Source: Candidatus Omnitrophota bacterium (GTDB lineage Bacteria > Omnitrophota > Gorgyraeia > Zapsychrales > Zapsychraceae). From it: a stretch of 64,000 bases of DNA. The stretch is from NCBI GenBank assembly GCA_050250375.1, contig JBFWOS010000001.1, forward strand, positions 471,090 through 535,089, given 5' to 3'. Positions 18,901 through 28,499 of this stretch are shown in pieces (position 1 is the first letter of the stretch; every line of letters begins with the position of its first letter). The position numbers were made by a program, and so were the translations under genes. The notes under the pieces were generated by a model that was not told the DNA's origin, made no database searches, and saw only the letters and a program-made list of their open reading frames with translations.

Positions 18901-20254
18901 CTAAATATCTATGAATTTGTTCGGCCGCCATTTTCCCGGACGCAATGGCATCGACGACCGGACCGGCGTTTGAAACGACATTTCCCGCGGCAAAAATGCC
19001 TTTAACATTTGTCATTCCCGTTTGATCATTGATTTTGATTGTATCATTTTCGTTAATTTTGATATTTTTATATTTCTTTCCTATATTCGAATTCGGTTTA
19101 TGTCCGATGGCGATGATTACGGCATCTGCTTCGATAATAAATTCAGAATCAGGCACCGGGATCAATGACCACATCCCGTCAGATTCGACATCCGCATAAT
19201 CGATCCTCACACATTTAACGCCGCCCACAAAATTATCCTGGGTCGGCAAGATCTCTACAGGCTTTACCAGAGGTTCAAAATTGATCCCCTCTTCCATCGC
19301 CAACTTTTTTTCTTCATCACGGACATATAACTCATCCAGTGTCCGACGAAAAACAAGTGAAACCTCCTTTTGCAGCCTGACCAATACACGCGCGCAGTCC
19401 AAAGCCGTATTCCCTGAGCCGATAACAACCACTTTTTGGGCATACGGAATCAATGATTGTTCCGCATATGAACCTGACAGCCGTTTTTGGTTGATCCGCA
19501 TTAAGAATTCTTCGCCATAAAAAACACCTCCCAGATTCGATCCGGGTATTTCCATAAATTTGGGAACACCGGCCCCCATGGCTAACAATATTGACACATA
19601 TCCCTCCGCCTTCAATTCATCCATCGTTTTCGTATATCCGATCAAACAATTTGTCTCAATCTCAACGCCAAGCGCCCTTATTTCATTAATTTCTGTCTCC
19701 AATATTTTCGTCGGGATTCTAAACTCAGGGATACCATATCGCAAAACCCCTCCTGGTTGATCCATGGATTCAAATATACAGACTTGGTATCCTTTTTGAG
19801 CTAAAACAGCTGCGGCGCTTAAACCCGACGGACCTGATCCTATCACGGCAATTTTCATGCCTTTGCGGGACACACTTTCTTTCCGATTCGACCGTTGCCG
19901 AATATTATCTGAAGCATATCTCTCTAAAGTACGAATCCCGATTGGGTTGCTCTCTTCGTTTAAAATGCAGGCCAATTCACATGGAGCTGAACAAATTCGT
20001 CCACAAACAGAAGGTAATGGATTTTGGTCCCGAATAAGTTCGTAGGCTCCGCCAATATTGCCTTCACGCAACCGCCGGATAAATCCCGGAATATTGATCC
20101 CTACAGGACAAGCACGGACACAGACAGGATCGGTACATTGGGGACATCGTCTTGATTCTTCAACCGCTACCCTTTTAGAATACCCGAGAGAAACTTCGTT
20201 AAAGTTTTTTGTCCGTTTCTGCTTTGGCTGGACAGATCCTTTTGGTTGTCCCAT
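18893..20254 (-). CDS. nfnB: NADH-dependent ferredoxin:NADP oxidoreductase subunit B (GltD-like: glutamate synthase small-subunit fold, 2x[4Fe-4S] + FAD)
   Basis: CPQCTDPVCVRACPVGINIP, CGRICSAPCELAC, and the dinucleotide fold IAVIGSGPSGLSAAAVLAQKGYQVCIFE. It is paired with a PyrK-like subunit immediately upstream. The annotated start overlaps that gene by 88 nt. Confidence 0.75.
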   Translation of the reverse strand: MGQPKGSVQPKQKRTKNFNEVSLGYSKRVAVEESRRCPQCTDPVCVRACPVGINIPGFIRRLREGNIGGAYELIRDQNPLPSVCGRICSAPCELACILNEESNPIGIRTLERYASDNIRQRSNRKESVSRKGMKIAVIGSGPSGLSAAAVLAQKGYQVCIFESMDQPGGVLRYGIPEFRIPTKILETEINEIRALGVEIETNCLIGYTKTMDELKAEGYVSILLAMGAGVPKFMEIPGSNLGGVFYGEEFLMRINQKRLSGSYAEQSLIPYAQKVVVIGSGNTALDCARVLVRLQKEVSLVFRRTLDELYVRDEEKKLAMEEGINFEPLVKPVEILPTQDNFVGGVKCVRIDYADVESDGMWSLIPVPDSEFIIEADAVIIAIGHKPNSNIGKKYKNIKINENDTIKINDQTGMTNVKGIFAAGNVVSNAGPVVDAIASGKMAAEQIHRYLVG

Positions 20255-21042
20255 ACTTGCTCCTTATACGCATTTAATCGTATTTTGTAATCGTCAAAGT
20301 CAACTTTATGACCATCGAATTCCGGACCGTCAATACAGGCCAGAACCAATTTCCCGCCGACTTTGACCCGGCAAGCCCCGCACATCCCCATACAATCAAC
20401 CATAACCGGATTCAAATGCACGAAGGTTTTAATTTTTTTTGTTTTAGTCATTTGACAGACGGCAACCATCATGTCAACCGTTCCAATGGCATGGACCTGG
20501 TTGATCTTATCATTCTCGATTAAAAGCTTTAGAATGTCAGCCGCAAAACCTCTTCTTTCATAACTGCCGTCTTCAGTTGCGATCAACAGTTTATTGCAAG
20601 CAAGCCTCATTTGAGCCTCAAGTAAAACAGCCCGTTTGGTTTTGGCTCCAATAATACCAACAACCTTATTCCCGGCTTCTTTTAACCCGCGACAAATCGG
20701 AAGAATTTGAGCCGTTCCGATTCCTGTTGCGACACAAACCACAATCCCCTTCTTTTTGATATACGCTGGAACTCCCAAGGGCCCTAAAATAGAAAATATC
20801 TCATCCTTAATCGCCATCGCCGCCAGCTTACTGGAGGTATAACCGACTTCTTTTATGATTATTGTGATTGTTCCTTTGATATTGTCGTGATCGACAACGG
20901 ACAAGGGGATGCTTTCATCCGTCTGGTCAGGGCGTAAACTGATAAACTGGCCGGGCAATATCTTTTGGGCTATGTTCGGAGCCAAGATATCCATACGTTT
21001 GATTTTCTTAGCCAGAATTTGTTTATTGACGATTCTAAACAT
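20167..21042 (-). CDS. nfnA: NfnA / sulfide dehydrogenase-type subunit (PyrK-like FAD + [2Fe-2S] electron-transfer subunit)
   Basis: 291 aa. A ferredoxin-reductase-like FAD/NAD-binding fold (GQFISLRP...PLSV) and a C-terminal Cys cluster (CMGMCGACRV). It sits adjacent to the GltD-like partner. Confidence 0.7.
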   Translation of the reverse strand: MFRIVNKQILAKKIKRMDILAPNIAQKILPGQFISLRPDQTDESIPLSVVDHDNIKGTITIIIKEVGYTSSKLAAMAIKDEIFSILGPLGVPAYIKKKGIVVCVATGIGTAQILPICRGLKEAGNKVVGIIGAKTKRAVLLEAQMRLACNKLLIATEDGSYERRGFAADILKLLIENDKINQVHAIGTVDMMVAVCQMTKTKKIKTFVHLNPVMVDCMGMCGACRVKVGGKLVLACIDGPEFDGHKVDFDDYKIRLNAYKEQVWDNQKDLSSQSRNGQKTLTKFLSGILKG

Positions 21043-21439
21043 TCTAAGAAATTATTTTATAAACCAATTTTAACTGATTAAATATCCATATGTTAGAAAT
21101 GTTCTTTTCGCAACCAGACTGACCTAATGATGGTCGGTTTATCTTCACGGTTTCTGATGACAAAATAAGTCATTTGTTTGAAATTTTATAGAAGACTATT
21201 ACACGTGATCGTATCTTATCAACCAATGGCATCCAATGAATATTTCACATTGTAATCCAATTTGCCTTTGGTGTCCATCTCAACTTCGGGCCTTATCAAG
21301 ATGCGGATTATCCCAATATCTGAATCTGCCAATTTATTCCTCCCGTGTTATCAAATCTTGCAACAAGCAAAACACCTAAGACACCACTCAAATAAACGGA
21401 TGATTGTCTCAATAATTTCTTTATTATTAACTGGTTAAA

Positions 21440-21628
21440 TTAGATAAATACCCACGGCGGCGGTGTGGGCATCTTTTTTATGATTCCGAAAATTTGGCCA
21501 AGCACAGAAAACGCCCCGCCAATAATTTGACCGGGAATGGCTAAAAGCGAGCACCCGCTTAATGAAACGACCATCAACAATAAGAGTAGGATTAAGAAAT
21601 ATCTAGATGTGAATTTCATTGACACCAT
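21440..21628 (-). CDS. Small putative lipoprotein
   Basis: 62 aa. Signal with lipobox LSGC, then a Gly-rich amphipathic segment. Nothing but composition supports it. Confidence 0.3.
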   Translation of the reverse strand: MVSMKFTSRYFLILLLLLMVVSLSGCSLLAIPGQIIGGAFSVLGQIFGIIKKMPTPPPWVFI

Positions 21629-21718
21629 TCATGTTTAACATTGTTACTTATACCACTTTGCAGGGCGACACACCATCAAAACTAAAAATAAAATGAATTC
21701 AATAAAATTTAAAATGCG

Positions 21719-22099
21719 CTACTTAACATCCATAGAATTAAAGGCCTCTTTGGCGGCAAACAACGCGTTTAATGCCGCCGGGAATCCGGCATAGACGGAC
21801 ATTTGCATGATAGTTTCAACAATTTCCTCTTTACTGCACCCTGCATTCACCGCATTTGAAACATGCGCCTTTAGTTGGTCCTTGGCATACCCAAGCGTCG
21901 TCAACGAAGCGATCGTTATTAATTCCCTGACTTTAATATCAAGCCCTGGTCTGGAATAAATATCGCCATAAGGAAACTCAATAACAAATTTGGCCATATC
22001 CGGACTGATATCCTTCAATAAATTGAGAATTCTTTCCCCAGCCTCGCTGTTAATTTTATCTAGTGTTGCCAAACCTTTTTTATACCGATCTTCTGTCAT
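21719..22099 (-). CDS. Carboxymuconolactone decarboxylase (CMD/AhpD-like) family protein
   Basis: FVIEFPYGDIYSRPGLDIKVRELITIASLTTLGYAKDQLKAHVSNAVNAGCSKEEIVETIMQMSVYAGFPAALNA: the CMD family core. Confidence 0.75.
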   Translation of the reverse strand: MTEDRYKKGLATLDKINSEAGERILNLLKDISPDMAKFVIEFPYGDIYSRPGLDIKVRELITIASLTTLGYAKDQLKAHVSNAVNAGCSKEEIVETIMQMSVYAGFPAALNALFAAKEAFNSMDVK

Positions 22100-22102
22100 G
22101 GC

Positions 22103-24187
22103 CTACAATTTCATAAATACTCTTGTTTCCATTGATTCAGGGGAAATAACTGAATACATCCCCATACCTTCAATGACTTTAAAACTATTAACAATCGGAA
22201 TTATTACATGATCGAAATATATTTTTCGATTCTCCATATCACTGGAAGCTGCTCCATAAGCCCTAATGGTATCTTCCATATTCATGGCGTCATGAACATT
22301 GGCTTCGAGGTCCCCTTTTATGTCCTGAATAACGGCCTTAATTTCTTTCAATTCAATCTGTTGATCGGAGACGTCCCGTCCTTCTGCTTCCATCTGCGAA
22401 ATCGTCGATTCAAGTTCTGTGAGTTTCTGTTCCTTTTGTTTTAGTTCTCTCTCATCATTTTCAATATCTTTTTGAACCTGCGTCAGGCGCAATTTAGCCC
22501 CATCTTTAAACGCTTCTTTCTTTTGATCATTAGCTGCAACCCAATTATTTGACCACTCCAAAATCGAGGCCATTTTAAAAGCAAGTTCATCAATCTTTAA
22601 AAATTGTACGCCAATATTTTTATTCGTTAAACCTTTGTTTAAAATTTTAAACGATGGATTACTTGTTAACGAGGTTGTCGTTTTCTTTGATGAATCAATA
22701 GAATTCTTTAACAATTCCTTATTAACGGATATAAGCAAATAATCGTTTAGGAAACAGTACCCCGGAGACACATATTCAGCCACCGGAAGATTTATATAAT
22801 TCAAACCTATACCATTATAACTCTCACTTTGGAACATGATCGCAGGCTGGTTTTTTAATAACCCTAATAATTTTTCAACTTTAGCCTGATCTTTAACCTT
22901 TATAAACAAAACTAGTTCCGGAATGGGAAAATTACGGTCAATATGGATATCTTTCATATATCCGCCAATTTCATCTCCAAAGGCCGGGAGAATATCCCCG
23001 TCTATTGTCAAACCGATCATTTGTTCGTATTGTTCAATTTGTTTTGTTACGGAAGGCTGCCCGGGCACACTTGACAATTCTAGTTCTTTCTTCGTCTCCT
23101 CCCAGTAATAACTCAGATCAAAACAATTCCCCCAAGAATACGCAAGAGAATTTGATGGGGTAAAGTTGATACTTTGGTTTTCTTCGTTCTTACAAGCAGA
23201 ATAATACTTTGCCGTAGATTCACTCATACGCTTCAAATCATATAATATATCAAATTTCATTTCAAACAAATCAACCCACGCTAACGAAATATTGACCGAT
23301 TTGAATCCTCTCAGAGAATCAAAAGTTTGTTGCATCTGCCTCTTCATTTCTGCCTGAGCCTCTAATCCTGGCAATTCATCCAATTTTTCCTCTAAACTCA
23401 AAAACAGGGTTTCTATATTGAAGAAAGTTATCATTTCGGGGTTTGCAACGTATTTTTCCTTCGCTAATAAATAATTATTATCTTTCGATAGAGAATTGGC
23501 AGCCCCCTGAAAAATATCAATACTTTTCTGGACTGCGAATTTCCCGACCCCCATAATCATTAAATCCTTTATCCGAGTATATACGAATTTATATGGGACA
23601 CCTTGAATTGACACAATCTTTATTTCTTGGTTTTTATATACTTCGTCCTCAATGGTTACGTTATCACCTAATTGCCCGAATGAACCGGAAATAAATTCTG
23701 CTATCTGTGATTGGGCATCAAGCCTGGTAACCAAAGATAAATTCGAAAAAACTTCGTCCAACAAAAGCTGAAGTCCTTGAGTCCCAGCCTGAGAAAGTGT
23801 CGAAAAATCAAAATCAGGTTCATATATGGCAAATGCGACATCTTTACTAAAGAATTTTCTAAATATTTCATTTTCTTTAGGATTTTCCAACGACTTTTTC
23901 AATATCTGGTAAACCATTGCTTCCTGCTTACTTAAAAGATTATTCTTAAGCAATACATCGAAATCGACAGCACTCAATCTTTTCCAAAAAGATGTGCTTA
24001 AAATCTTATCGATATTTTTCTTTGTATTTCTTAATTCCAAATAGAAAAGCGGTTTCTGGGGCATAATATTTTCTATTTCGAATTGGGATGAAACGAATAA
24101 ATTAACGCCCCCTTTTTTCATAAAGAAATATGTTACACCTCCCGCCATTAATAACACAATTAAAACAATCAAAACTACTTTCTTCAT
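22103..24187 (-). CDS. Hypothetical protein, N-terminal TM anchor, large extracytoplasmic domain, C-terminal coiled coil
   Basis: 694 aa. The N-terminal helix is MKKVVLIVLIVLLMAGGVTYFFM. A heptad-rich stretch reads KDIENDERELKQKEQKLTELESTISQMEAEGRD. It is translationally coupled (ATGA overlap) to tatD upstream. No recognised family. Confidence 0.45.
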   Translation of the reverse strand: MKKVVLIVLIVLLMAGGVTYFFMKKGGVNLFVSSQFEIENIMPQKPLFYLELRNTKKNIDKILSTSFWKRLSAVDFDVLLKNNLLSKQEAMVYQILKKSLENPKENEIFRKFFSKDVAFAIYEPDFDFSTLSQAGTQGLQLLLDEVFSNLSLVTRLDAQSQIAEFISGSFGQLGDNVTIEDEVYKNQEIKIVSIQGVPYKFVYTRIKDLMIMGVGKFAVQKSIDIFQGAANSLSKDNNYLLAKEKYVANPEMITFFNIETLFLSLEEKLDELPGLEAQAEMKRQMQQTFDSLRGFKSVNISLAWVDLFEMKFDILYDLKRMSESTAKYYSACKNEENQSINFTPSNSLAYSWGNCFDLSYYWEETKKELELSSVPGQPSVTKQIEQYEQMIGLTIDGDILPAFGDEIGGYMKDIHIDRNFPIPELVLFIKVKDQAKVEKLLGLLKNQPAIMFQSESYNGIGLNYINLPVAEYVSPGYCFLNDYLLISVNKELLKNSIDSSKKTTTSLTSNPSFKILNKGLTNKNIGVQFLKIDELAFKMASILEWSNNWVAANDQKKEAFKDGAKLRLTQVQKDIENDERELKQKEQKLTELESTISQMEAEGRDVSDQQIELKEIKAVIQDIKGDLEANVHDAMNMEDTIRAYGAASSDMENRKIYFDHVIIPIVNSFKVIEGMGMYSVISPESMETRVFMKL

Positions 24188-25008
24188 AACTCCTCCACAT
24201 TTATCCCAAAAAAACTTTTGGCATTTTGATTAAATTGAATCACGGCATTCTCATGTTTTATTTTTTTTAGTTCACAGTAAGCATCCAACGTTTTAAACAC
24301 ATCTTTAGGCTCAGACTTAAAGCCTACTCCTTTATCTTTATCATTAAAAAAGACCGGACAATCTGTCTCAATCATTGTTTGTTCGATCGGAGCATATTCC
24401 ACGGCCTCCCTCGATTGAGGACTGTAGGCCAGGCTAGGCGTGGTCGAGATATAATATCCTTGCTCCAATATATCTTTAAGGACGTCCAGCGGACCGCTGT
24501 ACCAGTGAAATTCCGCTTTCTTCAAACCAATGCCCTTAACCGTATCAAAACATTCCCGCCAGGCCCCCCTTGAATGGACTACAACCGGCAGATTATATTC
24601 ATGGGCGAGCAAAAGAAAATCTTTGAATACTTTCCTTTGTTCGTCTTTCTTTTCCTGATCTTTACGAACCCATTTATACCAAAAATCCAATCCGATTTCA
24701 CCAATAACAGTCAGTTCAGATATATGCTCTCGGATAAAATCTAAACACGGGTTTAAACTGATGAGACTTGCTTCCGATGGATGCATCCCCATCCCCAAAT
24801 AAATTCTGGGCTTCAAATACTCTTGTTTTATTTTCAGAGAATTCTTGCACGATTCAAGATCCATGCTCACGGCTACAATAGCCTTCACTCCTGATTGATA
24901 CGCGCTGTTTAAAGCCGATTCCAAATTTTCCAGATGATCAAGGTGTGCATGCGTGTCAAAAGTGATCATTCCGTTAACTTTCCAATATAAACGTAACCGG
25001 TCCGTCAT
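24184..25008 (-). CDS. tatD: TatD-family metal-dependent hydrolase/DNase
   Basis: ITFDTHAHLDHLE..., ...EIGLDF...., VVVHSRGAW..., IETDCP: TatD motifs. The true start is probably the internal Met at about 24969. Confidence 0.8.
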   Translation of the reverse strand: MTDRLRLYWKVNGMITFDTHAHLDHLENLESALNSAYQSGVKAIVAVSMDLESCKNSLKIKQEYLKPRIYLGMGMHPSEASLISLNPCLDFIREHISELTVIGEIGLDFWYKWVRKDQEKKDEQRKVFKDFLLLAHEYNLPVVVHSRGAWRECFDTVKGIGLKKAEFHWYSGPLDVLKDILEQGYYISTTPSLAYSPQSREAVEYAPIEQTMIETDCPVFFNDKDKGVGFKSEPKDVFKTLDAYCELKKIKHENAVIQFNQNAKSFFGINVEEL

Positions 25009-25411
25009 TAACCAGCGACACTTCCATCATCGCCCTAAACCGGCCGGATTCTACTTTAACCGTTTGTTGCTTAAGCTGTTTAATAAAATAATCATACAGC
25101 ATTTCTGCTTGGGCAGGTTCCGCAGCCTGATCGAAAGAAGGCCGGCGGCCTTTGCGGCAATCGCCATAAAGCGTAAATTGCGACACGACCAAAAAATCGG
25201 CCGTTATGTCTAAGGCGGACAAATTCATCTTACCTTGAGCGTCTTCAAACATCCTCAATTGACATATTTTCTGAACAAAATAATCAGCCAATTCGGACGA
25301 ATCGTCTTTGGAGATCCCCAGAAAAACCAAAACCCCAACCCCAATAGCCCCGACGATTTCAGAATCTACTTTTACATCTGCCTGTTTTACTCTTTGAAGA
25401 ACTAATTTCAT
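24974..25411 (-). CDS. dtd: D-aminoacyl-tRNA deacylase
   Basis: MKLVLQRVKQADVKVDSEIVGAIGVGVLVFLGISKDD...SQFTLYGDCRKGRRPSF: Dtd signature including SQFTL. Confidence 0.85.
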   Translation of the reverse strand: MKLVLQRVKQADVKVDSEIVGAIGVGVLVFLGISKDDSSELADYFVQKICQLRMFEDAQGKMNLSALDITADFLVVSQFTLYGDCRKGRRPSFDQAAEPAQAEMLYDYFIKQLKQQTVKVESGRFRAMMEVSLVNDGPVTFILES

Positions 25412-25484
25412 AATTAATATTACTAATATATCGTAGACTTTAGCATATTTGTACTTTATCGGTCAATTATAAAATCTGTATTTA

Positions 25485-25513
25485 TTGACAGCACCTTGCT
25501 TTTATGTTAGAAA
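25485..25513 (+). promoter_or_regulatory. Putative sigma-70-type promoter for the helicase gene
   Basis: TTGACA (25485..25490), a 17-nt spacer, then TAGAAA (25508..25513), 8 nt upstream of the ATG at 25521. The ORF-track start at 25485 coincides with the -35 hexamer and is probably spurious. Confidence 0.35.
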
Positions 25514-25520
25514 AACCATC

Positions 25521-27749
25521 ATGAAACTTAAAAAAGTTTTGGAAGACCATGCCTTTTCTCAGGCCGCTTGTGATACATTCCTCAGTTTTGGCATACAAGA
25601 TCTTTACCCTCCCCAATCCCAAGCCATTCAAAAAGGAATCCTGAAAGGAAAAAGCCTGCTCATGGCCGTACCTACTGCTGCGGGCAAGACCCTGATCGCT
25701 GAACTTTGCATGGTCCATTCTATCTTAGAGAATAACGGACGGTGTCTTTATATTGCACCTTTAAAAGCATTGGCGAGTGAGAAATATAATGACTTCAAGA
25801 AAAAATATGAACATCTGGGAATTCGAGCTGGACTGGCTATCGGTGATAACGACACCCCCAACCGCCAGCTTAACCGATATAATATTGTCATTGCCACTGC
25901 CGAAAAGGTGGATTCTCTCATGCGGTCAAAGGCCAAATGGCTGGTTGATGACCTGACGGTCGTCGTTCTGGATGAAATACATTTTATCAATGATGGATCC
26001 AGAGGGCCTACGATGGAAATCCTAACCGCCAGAATCAAAGAATTAAATCCTGACATTCAAATACTTGCGCTCAGCGCAACAATCAGTAATGCCGATGAAA
26101 TGGCTCAGTGGCTTGGGGCAAATCTCGTGACCAGCAAATGGCGTCCGATTCCCTTAAAAGAAGGCGTCTATTTTAACGGGCAGATTGATTTCGGTGATTC
26201 GGCAAACCGTGTTATTACCGAGGAGGCCCCCGATGATGTCAGCAAATTGACACTGGATACTCTACGCGCCAAAGGTCAGGTCCTGATTTTTGTCGGCTCA
26301 AGACGGTCCGCTCAATCCGTCAGCCGTGAAGTCTGTCGTTCCGTAGCAAAAACCCTGAGTGAAGATGAGAAAAAAAAACTTTCCGATTTAGCCAAAAAAA
26401 TCTTAGGGTCTTCTTCCGATTCTACCAAAATCTGCGAAAAGCTCGCAGAGGTTATTAAACATGGCGTCGCTTTTCACCATGCTGGGCTTAAACCCCGGCA
26501 ACGGGAATTGATCGAAGAAAATTTCAAAAGTAATCTCATTAAAGTTATTGGATGCACCCCAACCTTGGCTGCTGGAGTAAACCTCCCTGCGAGACGGGCT
26601 ATTATCCGCGATTGCAAACGATATGAAAGCGGCCTCGGTAGCGCCTATATACCAACTTCCGAATATAAACAATGCGCGGGCCGGGCCGGACGACCTCAAT
26701 ATGATGACTATGGAGAGGCCGTCCTTGTCGCCAAGACCTTGTCCGAATCGGCAACATTATTTGAACGGTATATCCTTGCAGAGCCCGAACCTGTTATTTC
26801 CAAGCTGGCGAATGAATCTGCCTTGCGTATCCATATTCTGTCTTCGATTGCCGGAGGTTACGTCTTTGACGTCAAAGGCATGCTTAACTTTATTACGCAC
26901 ACGTTTTTACATCACCAGAATCTTGAACCCAACCTTTTGGAAATGATCACGGATATCTTTGATTTTCTATACAGAGAACAATTTATTGAAAAAACCGGCG
27001 ACCGTTTTTTTGCAACGCCATTGGGAAGTTTAACCAGCCGGATTTATATAGATCCAATTACGAGCATCCTAATCCGACAAGGAATAAATCAAATCACGGA
27101 CGATAAGCCTTATTCGGATATCGGCATGCTGCACCTCATCACCTGCACTCCTGATTGCCCGACCCTAAAAGGCCTCGGAAAAGAACTTATTGAAGAACTC
27201 GAGCAATTTTCGACCCATTTCCACAATGAATTCCTTTTAACCCCCGAGAACACCTCCATCTTAGATGACTTTTATTTTTATTTATCTTCAATCAAGACTA
27301 CGTGGATGCTGAATCAATGGATGGAGGAAGACCGGGATGATGCCATATGTGACAAATTTAATATCGGGCCAGGAGATATTTACCGGCATGTTGAATCTAC
27401 ACAATGGTTATTATATGCAGCCACAACGATAGCCGACCTGTATTTAAAGAAATCCCTGACTTTCAAAATAGATAACTTGAGAAACCGTATCCGTTACGGA
27501 ATAAAAGAAGACTTGCTTGAGCTTGTCCAACTCAAGGGCATCGGAAGAGTCCGCGCCCGTCATTTATTAAACAACGGGATCATCAAACTCAAAGATCTAC
27601 AATTTGTCTCTACGGAACAATTAGCAGAAATACCGACCATAGGAATCGGGCTGGCCAAAGACATTAAACAGCAATTAATTAAGAATTCCATCAAAAGCCC
27701 CCTCGTTTCAGCAACAAGAAACAGTACTGGTGACTCTTGGGATGAGTGA
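25521..27749 (+). CDS. Hel308/Ski2-like superfamily 2 DNA helicase
   Basis: Motif I AVPTAAGKT, motif II VLDEIH, the SAT-equivalent LSAT, motif VI QCAGRAGRP, and a C-terminal helix-hairpin-helix domain (LVQLKGIGRVRARHLLNNGIIKLKDL) typical of Hel308 domain 5. Overall length is about 740 aa. Confidence 0.75.
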   Translation: MKLKKVLEDHAFSQAACDTFLSFGIQDLYPPQSQAIQKGILKGKSLLMAVPTAAGKTLIAELCMVHSILENNGRCLYIAPLKALASEKYNDFKKKYEHLGIRAGLAIGDNDTPNRQLNRYNIVIATAEKVDSLMRSKAKWLVDDLTVVVLDEIHFINDGSRGPTMEILTARIKELNPDIQILALSATISNADEMAQWLGANLVTSKWRPIPLKEGVYFNGQIDFGDSANRVITEEAPDDVSKLTLDTLRAKGQVLIFVGSRRSAQSVSREVCRSVAKTLSEDEKKKLSDLAKKILGSSSDSTKICEKLAEVIKHGVAFHHAGLKPRQRELIEENFKSNLIKVIGCTPTLAAGVNLPARRAIIRDCKRYESGLGSAYIPTSEYKQCAGRAGRPQYDDYGEAVLVAKTLSESATLFERYILAEPEPVISKLANESALRIHILSSIAGGYVFDVKGMLNFITHTFLHHQNLEPNLLEMITDIFDFLYREQFIEKTGDRFFATPLGSLTSRIYIDPITSILIRQGINQITDDKPYSDIGMLHLITCTPDCPTLKGLGKELIEELEQFSTHFHNEFLLTPENTSILDDFYFYLSSIKTTWMLNQWMEEDRDDAICDKFNIGPGDIYRHVESTQWLLYAATTIADLYLKKSLTFKIDNLRNRIRYGIKEDLLELVQLKGIGRVRARHLLNNGIIKLKDLQFVSTEQLAEIPTIGIGLAKDIKQQLIKNSIKSPLVSATRNSTGDSWDE

Positions 27750-27754
27750 GCGCC

Positions 27755-28486
27755 TTAAAGATATTTTGAAGATTTTACTTTTCTTTCAAGATGATAAACA
27801 AAAAAATTATTAAGAATATATTTTAACTCGGCCTTTACTTTCTTAGTCAGCCCCAAACGCAGACACTCCTCCCATTTGCTTAATTCTACATGAAGTATCG
27901 TCGAGATCGCCCCCTTGGAAATTATCGTAAAACTTGTTTCAATCGTGGGACATTCCTGACAGACAAGGCCGCCCGAAACCATACTAAACCGGACCTTACC
28001 ATCAATTTTTTTATCACATTTGACACAGCTGTCCAGATGAGGGCTAAATCCCGAAAGCTGTAACATTTTAATCTGATAAATATAAATCAGCCTGTCTATA
28101 TCCGTTTCCATCTGGAGTCGTTCAAAAAACCTGTTCATCAGGCTGTACACATCCTGGTTCACCTGTTCTGTCTGCATAATCTTATCAACGAGTTCTAGCG
28201 CATAATTGGCCGCTATGTTTTTCTCATAATTTTCCCTGATCCGAAAATAATACTGTTTAAGGTCACAATGGCTGATCAGGTGCAAATCAGAGTTTCTGTA
28301 ATGATAATACACAAGGTCATTGACGGAATATTTGTCGACGCTGCTTCCGAATTTCTTTGGATCCTTCCTTATACCTTTCATAATACCGGTTATTTTCCCA
28401 TATTCTTTCGTAAAAAAAGTGACAATACGACTAGTCTCTCGATAATCGAATGATTTAAGCACGATGGCTTCAGTTTTTGGGATCAT
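27755..28486 (-). CDS. recO: DNA repair protein RecO
   Basis: An N-terminal OB fold (EAIVLKSFDYRETSRIVTFFTKEYGKITGIMKGIRK) and a C4 zinc motif (CVKCDKK...CQEC). Confidence 0.8.
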   Translation of the reverse strand: MIPKTEAIVLKSFDYRETSRIVTFFTKEYGKITGIMKGIRKDPKKFGSSVDKYSVNDLVYYHYRNSDLHLISHCDLKQYYFRIRENYEKNIAANYALELVDKIMQTEQVNQDVYSLMNRFFERLQMETDIDRLIYIYQIKMLQLSGFSPHLDSCVKCDKKIDGKVRFSMVSGGLVCQECPTIETSFTIISKGAISTILHVELSKWEECLRLGLTKKVKAELKYILNNFFVYHLERKVKSSKYL

Positions 28487-28499
28487 AGAAGAGAATCGT

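Noticed and set aside
21452-21483. Hairpin + T-run resembling a terminator
   Set aside because: The orientation is for plus-strand transcription, but no plus-strand gene lies upstream. It sits inside, or at the end of, a doubtful small ORF. It is kept only as a low-interest note.
25485-25520. Upstream ATG extending the helicase ORF by 12 codons (MTAPCFYVRKTI)
   Set aside because: The codons coincide with a TTGACA-N17-TAGAAA promoter-like element. The conserved protein begins at MKLKK (25521).
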